DNA of 64,000 bases from Escherichia coli (lineage in GTDB: Bacteria > Pseudomonadota > Gammaproteobacteria > Enterobacterales > Enterobacteriaceae). Positions 56,299 through 64,000 of the stretch are shown here, in pieces; the stretch's first letter is position 1; the number at the start of each line of letters is the position of its first letter. Both the position numbers and the translations under genes were made by a program. A model generated the notes under the pieces. That model ran no database searches, was not told where the DNA came from, and saw nothing but the letters and a program-made list of their open reading frames with translations. Location: assembly GCF_050920415.1 (NCBI RefSeq), contig NZ_CP169309.1; one strand, written 5' to 3'.

Positions 56299-59200
56299 TT
56301 AGTCAAACGGCGGTGGGGCCAGCACTTCACGATTACCGTTGTGCCCCTGTTCGCTGACAATCCCTTGCGCTTCCATCTGTTCGATAATACGCGCTGCACG
56401 GTTATAACCAATGCGGAACTGACGCTGTACGCCTGAAATTGACGCTTTGCGTTTTTCAGTGACAAACTGCACTGCCTGATCGAACAACGGATCCAATTCT
56501 TCAGCGCCATCGAAACCACCCGCACCACCTTCGCTTTCGCTGTCGGAGGTGATGCCGTCAACATACTGTGGGCGACCACGCGCTTTCCAGTCCTGCACCA
56601 CGGCATGAACTTCCTGATCGCGAACAAAAGCACCGTGGACACGTACTGGCAGCGTGGAGTTCGGCCCAGAGTAGAGCATATCCCCCATACCCAGCAGGGA
56701 TTCCGCGCCAGCCTGATCAAGAATGGTACGTGAGTCAATCTTACTGGATACGGTAAAGGCGATACGGGTCGGAATATTCGCTTTAATCAGACCAGTAATA
56801 ACATCAACCGATGGACGCTGAGTTGCCAGTACGAGGTGGATACCTGCAGCACGGGCTTTTTGCGCCAGACGTGCTATCAGCTCTTCCACTTTTTTACCTA
56901 CCGTCATCATCAGGTCGGCAAATTCGTCCACCAACACCACAATGTACGGTTCTTTTTTCAGCACCGGATGCTGGGCATCCATACTGTCACCCGGCTTCCA
57001 GTACGGGTCTGGAATCGGACGCATCATGCGATCGGCTTCAGCAATTTTTTCGTTATAACCCGCCAGATTACGCACACCCAGCGCAGACATCAGTTTGTAA
57101 CGACGCTCCATCTCGTTAACACACCAGCGCAGCGCGTTGGCGGCATCTTTCATATCGGTAACAACTTCCGTTAACAGGTGCGGAATGCCTTCATAAACCG
57201 AAAGCTCCAGCATTTTCGGGTCGATCATGATGAAACGCACATCTTCTGGCTGTGCTTTATAAAGCATGCTCAGGATCATCGCGTTCACACCGACAGATTT
57301 ACCGGAACCGGTAGTCCCCGCAACCAACAAGTGCGGCATCTTCGCCAGATCGGCAACCACCGGCTCACCGGCGATATCTTTACCCAGCACCACAGTTAAT
57401 GGTGACGGATTATCGCGGAACTTCGCATTATCAAGCACTTCGCGCAGATAAACGGTTTGTCGTTTTTTATTCGGTAACTCCAGACCTACATAAGGTTTGC
57501 CAGGAATAACTTCAACGACACGCACCGCCACCGTCGAAAGTGAACGGGCAAGGTCACGAGACAAGTTAGAAATGCGCGCCGCTTTTACGCCCGGTGCCAG
57601 ATTCAATTCAAAGCGAGTGATAACCGGTCCCGGAGAGTAATTGACGACATCGGCTTTAATACGGAAATCAGCCAGACGCGCTTCCACCAGGCGCGCCATT
57701 TGTTCAAGCGCAAAGGTATCTACCGGTTCCACTTCGCTCGGTGGCGGTGTCAGCAAATCCAGAGAAGGCAGCGGCGTCGTCGGTTTATGCAACGGACGGC
57801 TGTCGCCATTGCGCATCAACAGTGGATGAAGCAGGGTATCCTGCGGCTGCGGCGCAACCGGTTGTTGTGGCTGCTGATACTGCGGCTGCGGCGCAACTGG
57901 CTGTTGCGGCTGCTGATATTGCTGCTGTGGTGCAACCGGCTGTTGTGGCTGCTGATACTGCGGCTGTGGTGCAACCGGCTGTTGCGGCTGCTGATATTGC
58001 GGCTGCTGTGCAACCGGTTGTTGCGGCTGCTGGTATTGCTGCTGCGGCGCTATCGGTTGTTGCGGCTGCTGATACTGCGGCTGCGGCACTACCGGTTGTT
58101 GCGGCTGCTGTACAGGTTCAACAATTGGCGTAAACAGCGGTTCGTGTGGCCCATCATCCAGCAAAGCTTTCATTGGCGAAAATTCGAAATCATCCAGCGA
58201 GAACGGATTCGCCCCAGCTGGTTGTTCGCCCGAATAACGTTGCTGTTGAGTTTGAGCAAACTGACGAGCCAGTTCTGCCTCTGCTACAGCATCTGTATCT
58301 TCTGCGTTGACTGGCACATCATGTTGATACTGTTCGCCATAGCGTTGCTGCTGCGTCTGGGCGAACTGACGCGCCAGTTCATCCTGCTGCATCGCATCGA
58401 TTTCATCATCGTTATACTGATCGCCGGAATCGTACTGATTGCGCTGGGCTTCACGGGCTTTTTCTTCTGCTGCACGCTGTGAGGGCAGCTTAATGCCATA
58501 TGACGCCAGTTCACGACGAGTTGGCACGCGGATACGTTTCGGTCGTGGCAACTGCGGGCCAATCCCCTCTTTAACCTGCGGACGCGGTCCACCGCTATTT
58601 GCCAGACTGAAGACTGGTGCGGCAACGGTTGCGGCAGCCCCCGTCGCCAATGTCGCTTTTTTCACGCCAGATGCCAGAGGGGAAACAGCGGCAGCGGCTT
58701 CCACTGGAGGTACTGCTGCAACAGAAGGTGCTTTCAGCGAAGATTTGATCGGTTCTGGTTCTTTAACCGGTTCAGGAATCGGTTGATACCAGGCCGCAAG
58801 TTGTTCACGTTCACGGGCACGCTTCTCTTCCACTTCTTCAAAATAGTAAAGCGGCGGACGCGCGGGTTTTGTCTCTTCTACAATGGGTTCAGGCTCCACA
58901 ACAGGCTGCTGTTCAACGGGTTGCGGCTGTTGGTACAACGGCTCCTGAGCGGCTGGCTGCTGATAAGTTTGCTCAGTCTGGTATGTAGACTGTGGAGCAA
59001 AAGTGGATTGCTGCTCTTCGGCTTGCCAGGCGTTACCTGCCATCGATTGTTCTGGCGCAGGGGCGTAATACGGCTGTTGCGCAGACTGTTCCGCCGCAGT
59101 TGTGTAATACGGCTGCTGAACAGGTTGTTCCGGCGCAGGAGCGTAGTAAGGTTGTTGCACAGGCTGTTCAGCTGCAGGCGCATAATACGGCTGCTGTGGC

Positions 59201-60405
59201 TGTACAGGTTGTTGCAGCGGCTCATTATATTGCTCTGCAGGCTGCGCATATTGTGACTGCTGTGGGTAACCTTCCGGTGCAGGTGCAATAACCGGTTCTC
59301 CCGTTTGCGGCCCCGGTACAGGCTGCCAGGCTACTGTAGGTTGCGTAGGTGGAACATCAACAGAGGCAACTGGCGGCGTCTGAGTCACAGGTTCAACCGG
59401 TGCAGCCCAGCTTTGTGTCGCCGTGGTAGCAGCAGCTGCTACAGCAACAGGTTCGGTAATTGGCGCACCGTTTAATAATGGATCGTATTCGTCATATTCT
59501 GGCTGCGTTGCACGATTGCCCGAAAAGAGGACGTCGTCAGGGTCGGCAGCCACACCGCGTGCAGTGTAGGTAATCTCTTCTTCATCATCCATCCGCTTAC
59601 CGGAGAACAACGCAGCATCTGTTTGCCGCCCCATCGGATTAATAAATTTTTCCGCCAACCGTTTACGACGCGCTAACGCGCCGCGAAGAATACGGGCACG
59701 GCGCGATTCATGCTGTTTGCCGTGATTTTCATCTTCATATTCTTCGTCGTCTTCATACTCATCTTCATCGACCCAGGTATCATCGCGACGGGTACGATTA
59801 CTGGCGAAGGTGAGAATGTTTAAAATCCAGCCGCCAAGTTTTTCAGCAATGGTCACCCATGACCAACCGGTAAACAGTGTCAGGCCCGCCGCCCAAACGC
59901 AGAGCAGCGCAATAGTTCCCCCGCTACTGTGTAGCAGTGGTTGTAGCGTAGTGCTTAGTAAGCTGCCGATGACGCCACCGGAGGCAAAATACCAGATATC
60001 GTCAGCGTTGATTGCCGCCAGACCACAAGAGGTAAGGATGAGCGCCAAAACGCCAATGATGCGTAGCGAAACGGCAAAATAATCAATGTATTCGTCACTG
60101 GACTGATGACGCCAGGCAAACCAACAGCCGCCGACGATAATGACGGGAATGGTGTAAGCCATCACGCCAAAAATAAAGAACAGCGTATCTGCCAGCCACG
60201 CACCGGGCATCCCACCTAAATTATGGATAGGTTCATGCCAGGCCGTTTGCGACCAGCTGGGGTCCGAAGGGTTAAAGCTTAGTAAGGCAGCCATCAACCA
60301 GACGGCAAACAGGACAATAAGGATCAGCAACGCCTCCAGAAGGCGGCGGCCGCTACTTAACTTTGTCAATGTGACTTCTTTGTCTTCAGTGTATTCCTGG
60401 CTCAA
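56299..60405 (-). CDS. ftsK: DNA translocase FtsK
   Basis: 1368-aa ORF; N-terminal 4-TM domain ([31 protein letters not shown]), long Pro/Gln-rich linker with tandem repeats, C-terminal motor with Walker A GTTGSGKS. Confidence 0.96.
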   Translation of the reverse strand: MSQEYTEDKEVTLTKLSSGRRLLEALLILIVLFAVWLMAALLSFNPSDPSWSQTAWHEPIHNLGGMPGAWLADTLFFIFGVMAYTIPVIIVGGCWFAWRHQSSDEYIDYFAVSLRIIGVLALILTSCGLAAINADDIWYFASGGVIGSLLSTTLQPLLHSSGGTIALLCVWAAGLTLFTGWSWVTIAEKLGGWILNILTFASNRTRRDDTWVDEDEYEDDEEYEDENHGKQHESRRARILRGALARRKRLAEKFINPMGRQTDAALFSGKRMDDEEEITYTARGVAADPDDVLFSGNRATQPEYDEYDPLLNGAPITEPVAVAAAATTATQSWAAPVEPVTQTPPVASVDVPPTQPTVAWQPVPGPQTGEPVIAPAPEGYPQQSQYAQPAEQYNEPLQQPVQPQQPYYAPAAEQPVQQPYYAPAPEQPVQQPYYTTAAEQSAQQPYYAPAPEQSMAGNAWQAEEQQSTFAPQSTYQTEQTYQQPAAQEPLYQQPQPVEQQPVVEPEPIVEETKPARPPLYYFEEVEEKRAREREQLAAWYQPIPEPVKEPEPIKSSLKAPSVAAVPPVEAAAAVSPLASGVKKATLATGAAATVAAPVFSLANSGGPRPQVKEGIGPQLPRPKRIRVPTRRELASYGIKLPSQRAAEEKAREAQRNQYDSGDQYNDDEIDAMQQDELARQFAQTQQQRYGEQYQHDVPVNAEDTDAVAEAELARQFAQTQQQRYSGEQPAGANPFSLDDFEFSPMKALLDDGPHEPLFTPIVEPVQQPQQPVVPQPQYQQPQQPIAPQQQYQQPQQPVAQQPQYQQPQQPVAPQPQYQQPQQPVAPQQQYQQPQQPVAPQPQYQQPQQPVAPQPQDTLLHPLLMRNGDSRPLHKPTTPLPSLDLLTPPPSEVEPVDTFALEQMARLVEARLADFRIKADVVNYSPGPVITRFELNLAPGVKAARISNLSRDLARSLSTVAVRVVEVIPGKPYVGLELPNKKRQTVYLREVLDNAKFRDNPSPLTVVLGKDIAGEPVVADLAKMPHLLVAGTTGSGKSVGVNAMILSMLYKAQPEDVRFIMIDPKMLELSVYEGIPHLLTEVVTDMKDAANALRWCVNEMERRYKLMSALGVRNLAGYNEKIAEADRMMRPIPDPYWKPGDSMDAQHPVLKKEPYIVVLVDEFADLMMTVGKKVEELIARLAQKARAAGIHLVLATQRPSVDVITGLIKANIPTRIAFTVSSKIDSRTILDQAGAESLLGMGDMLYSGPNSTLPVRVHGAFVRDQEVHAVVQDWKARGRPQYVDGITSDSESEGGAGGFDGAEELDPLFDQAVQFVTEKRKASISGVQRQFRIGYNRAARIIEQMEAQGIVSEQGHNGNREVLAPPPFD
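57841..58115 (-). repeat. In-frame tandem repeat array (~33-bp unit, about 8 copies) encoding the FtsK linker [11 protein letters not shown] repeats
   Basis: Seen directly: repeated CTGCGGCTGCGGCGCAACCGGTTGTTGTGGCTGCTGATA-like units on the plus strand; translation shows [13 protein letters not shown] repeated about 8 times. Confidence 0.9.
59050..59230 (-). repeat. Second in-frame tandem repeat array (~39-bp unit, about 4 copies) encoding [13 protein letters not shown] repeats of the FtsK linker
   Basis: Seen directly: repeated ...GGCGCAGGAGCGTAATACGGCTGCTGAACAGGTTGTTC... units; translation shows QQPYYAPA(A/P)EQ repeated four times. Confidence 0.85.
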
Positions 60406-60483
60406 GAAAGGCTCTCCAGGTTACAGGCTTTTCCTGCCCGATGCTAAAACGGACAACAGTACCAGGTTACCCCAGTACTGTTG

Positions 60484-60499
60484 CTGTATGGATTAACAG
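60484..60499 (-). promoter_or_regulatory. Candidate LexA (SOS) box upstream of ftsK
   Basis: Seen directly: CTGTATGGATTAACAG fits the CTGT-N8-ACAG LexA consensus, ~80 bp upstream of the ftsK start; ftsK (dinH) is a known SOS-inducible gene. Confidence 0.55.
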
Positions 60500-60539
60500 G
60501 AGTGTAATCAAAATACGCCGATTTTGCACCTGTTCCGTG

Positions 60540-61034
60540 TTAGCGCGTCTTAATAACCAGACGATTACTCTGCTTGACTTCTTCCATAACAACGTATGTC
60601 CGCGTGTCATTGACGCCAGGCAGACGCAGCAGGGTTTCCCCCAGCAACTTACGGTAAGCTGACATATCCGGCACGCGTGTTTTCAACAGGTAGTCGAAAT
60701 CGCCGGATACTAAATGACACTCCTGAATTTCTTCAAGTTTTTGTACAGCAGTATTGAATTGTTCAAACACATCCGGTGCGCCACGATTCAGAGTAATCTC
60801 AACGAATACCAGAAGTGATGCATCCAGATAATGGGGGTTCAGCAGCGCTGTATAGCCCTGAATAAACCCTTGTCTTTCCAGCCGACGCACACGCTCAAGG
60901 CACGGCGTTGGGGAAAGTCCCACACGTTTAGAAAGCTCGACGTTAGAAATACGCCCATCCTTTTGCAACTCATTAAGAATGTTACGATCGATACGGTCGA
61001 GATCTTTGCCAGGGCGCTTCTTGCTATCTACCAT
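60540..61034 (-). CDS. lrp: Leucine-responsive regulatory protein (AsnC/Lrp family)
   Basis: ORF track 60540..61088; start chosen at the ATG at 61034 (MVDSKKRPGKDLDRIDRNILNELQKDGRISNVELSKRVGLSPTPC), giving 164 aa. Confidence 0.96.
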   Translation of the reverse strand: MVDSKKRPGKDLDRIDRNILNELQKDGRISNVELSKRVGLSPTPCLERVRRLERQGFIQGYTALLNPHYLDASLLVFVEITLNRGAPDVFEQFNTAVQKLEEIQECHLVSGDFDYLLKTRVPDMSAYRKLLGETLLRLPGVNDTRTYVVMEEVKQSNRLVIKTR

Positions 61035-61460
61035 TATTATTGTCTCTCTGTATTCCTTCCCTACTCCTGTCTGACCCTGAAACATCACTGTTCAGAGTCG
61101 CTACCCGTCACGATAGACCGAAATCATTAAGATTCACGGCGCGCAATGCCTGGTCTACGGTGAGAAGACCGTTGCCTGGTGGCAGCTATCGACATCACGA
61201 ATGGCGTCTGTCCACGCCATACGTAGATTTCACTAGCACGGTAAACATGGTATTTACATGCATGGTTATGCGCATATAAGAATACTGTTTTTTTTCTTCC
61301 TCGAATGTTTTCGCAAAACACCAGGGGATTGTCAAAGCAAAACATCGATTTTTAGTACAACATGCCAGATATTCATTAACAGGGGCGTTTATTCATCATT
61401 TAATCGGCTTATAAAGCGGGAAATTTAAGTAGCAGAGGTGATAATGACTGGAGAATTTGA

Positions 61461-62543
<1,083 letters not shown>

Positions 62544-62570
62544 TTTTACAAATCAGTAACAAAAGTAAAG

Positions 62571-62610
62571 AAGGCGACACCATGCGACTATGGGTCGCCT
62601 TTATTTTTTC
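62571..62610 (+). terminator. Candidate rho-independent terminator downstream of trxB
   Basis: Seen directly: AGGCGAC-...-GTCGCCT stem followed by TTATTTTTTC. Confidence 0.6.
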
Positions 62611-62665
62611 CCCGTTGTAACATTGCTCTGCAAATAATTCTGATAACTCACCTGCTAAGCGTGCA

Positions 62666-64000
62666 ATGAATAAATCCCGTCAAAAAGAGTTAACCCGCTG
62701 GTTAAAACAGCAAAGCGTCATCTCCCAACGTTGGCTGAATATTTCTCGTCTACTGGGCTTTGTGAGCGGCATATTGATCATTGCCCAGGCCTGGTTCATG
62801 GCGCGTATTCTGCAACATATGATTATGGAGAGTATTCCCCGTGAAGCCCTGCTGCTTCCCTTTACGTTACTGGTTCTGACCTTTGTACTGCGCGCATGGG
62901 TGGTCTGGTTACGCGAACGAGTGGGTTATCACGCCGGGCAGCATATCCGCTTTGCCATCCGCCGTCAGGTTCTCGACCGTCTGCAACAAGCAGGGCCAGC
63001 GTGGATTCAGGGTAAACCGGCGGGGAGCTGGGCGACGCTGGTACTCGAGCAAATTGACGATATGCATGATTACTATGCACGCTACCTGCCGCAAATGGCG
63101 CTGGCAGTGTCGGTGCCGTTGCTGATTGTGGTGGCTATCTTCCCCTCTAACTGGGCTGCGGCGCTCATTCTGCTGGGCACTGCTCCGTTAATTCCGTTAT
63201 TTATGGCGCTGGTTGGAATGGGGGCTGCCGATGCTAACCGACGCAACTTTCTCGCTCTTGCTCGCTTAAGTGGGCATTTTCTCGATCGCCTGCGCGGCAT
63301 GGAAACATTGCGTATTTTTGGTCGTGGTGAAGCTGAAATTGAAAGTATTCGTTCTGCTTCGGAAGATTTCCGCCAACGGACAATGGAAGTGCTACGGCTG
63401 GCGTTTTTATCCTCCGGCATTCTCGAATTTTTTACCTCGCTGTCAATTGCTCTGGTCGCGGTCTACTTTGGTTTTTCCTATCTCGGTGAGCTGGATTTTG
63501 GGCACTACGATACTGGCGTGACGCTGGCTGCGGGGTTTCTGGCCCTGATCCTTGCGCCGGAGTTTTTCCAGCCATTGCGCGATCTGGGTACGTTTTATCA
63601 TGCTAAAGCCCAGGCTGTTGGCGCGGCAGACAGTCTGAAAACGTTTATGGAAACCCCGCTCGCCCATCCGCAGCGCGGTGAGGCTGAATTAACGTCGGCC
63701 GATCCGGTGACCATTGAGGCCGAGGATCTGTTTATCACGTCGCCGGAAGGTAAAACGCTGGCCGGACCGTTGAACTTTACTTTGCCAGCAGGCCAACGAG
63801 CGGTGTTGGTTGGTCGTAGCGGTTCAGGTAAAAGCTCACTACTGAATGCGCTTTCCGGTTTTCTTTCATATCAGGGATCGCTACGAATCAACGGAATAGA
63901 ATTACGTGATTTATCACCGGAATCATGGCGTAAGCATCTCTCCTGGGTTGGTCAAAATCCACAATTACCAGCAGCAACACTACGAGATAACGTACTGCTG
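62666..64000 (+). CDS. cydD: Glutathione/cysteine ABC exporter CydD, N-terminal 445 codons (3' end outside window)
   Basis: Not in the ORF track because it has no stop in the window. My own translation from the ATG at 62666 gives MNKSRQKELTRWLKQQSVISQRWLNISRLLGFVSGILIIAQAW; a Walker A ([10 protein letters not shown]) is encoded near 63810-63840; frame stays open to the window end. Confidence 0.9.
   Translation, partial: MNKSRQKELTRWLKQQSVISQRWLNISRLLGFVSGILIIAQAWFMARILQHMIMESIPREALLLPFTLLVLTFVLRAWVVWLRERVGYHAGQHIRFAIRRQVLDRLQQAGPAWIQGKPAGSWATLVLEQIDDMHDYYARYLPQMALAVSVPLLIVVAIFPSNWAAALILLGTAPLIPLFMALVGMGAADANRRNFLALARLSGHFLDRLRGMETLRIFGRGEAEIESIRSASEDFRQRTMEVLRLAFLSSGILEFFTSLSIALVAVYFGFSYLGELDFGHYDTGVTLAAGFLALILAPEFFQPLRDLGTFYHAKAQAVGAADSLKTFMETPLAHPQRGEAELTSADPVTIEAEDLFITSPEGKTLAGPLNFTLPAGQRAVLVGRSGSGKSSLLNALSGFLSYQGSLRINGIELRDLSPESWRKHLSWVGQNPQLPAATLRDNVLL

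Noticed and set aside
57700-58482. 260-aa plus-strand ORF with LLRLLILRL-type repeats (and 57741-58133, 58783-59256) opposite the ftsK linker
   Set aside because: A mirror image of the in-frame PQ-rich tandem repeats of ftsK; the repetitive DNA keeps all frames open. This is not an independent gene and not a CRISPR-like array: the units are contiguous, coding, and have no spacers.

Overview
This window reads as a contiguous, gene-dense stretch of Escherichia coli / Shigella-type core chromosome with no acquired island and no convincing novel system. Gene order is colinear, in inverted orientation, with the K-12 interval ssuB - pepN - pncB - asnS - ompF - aspC - gloC(ycbL) - mepK(ycbK) - ldtD(ycbB) - mukBEF - cmoM(smtA) - elyC - ycbJ - kdsB - ycaR - ycaQ - lpxK - msbA - ycaI - ihfB - rpsA - cmk - ycaL - aroA - serC - ycaP - ycaO - focA - pflB - pflA - ycaK - ycaN - ycaM - ycaD - ycaC - dmsCBA - serS - rarA - lolA - ftsK - lrp - trxB - cydD. 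All gene identifications come from reading the supplied translations (catalytic motifs, signal peptides, recalled N-termini and lengths); no database search was run. I count 46 protein-coding genes (44 complete plus the ssuB 3' fragment and a cydD 5' fragment running off the window). I see no rRNA or tRNA genes, CRISPR array, insertion sequence, integrase or phage gene. Every sizeable intergenic gap matches a known regulatory region (ompF upstream, focA-pflB promoter, lrp-trxB). The points most worth a second look are: (1) in-frame tandem repeats in the ftsK linker giving a 1368-aa product, longer than the ~1329 aa I recall for K-12; (2) the poorly characterised ycaK-ycaN-ycaM-ycaD-ycaC block; (3) the orphan genes ycbJ, ycaQ, ycaI and ycaP/ycaO embedded among housekeeping operons; (4) REP/BIME repeats and candidate OmpR, FNR and LexA sites. 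The many long antisense ORFs in the six-frame track are judged to be artefacts.
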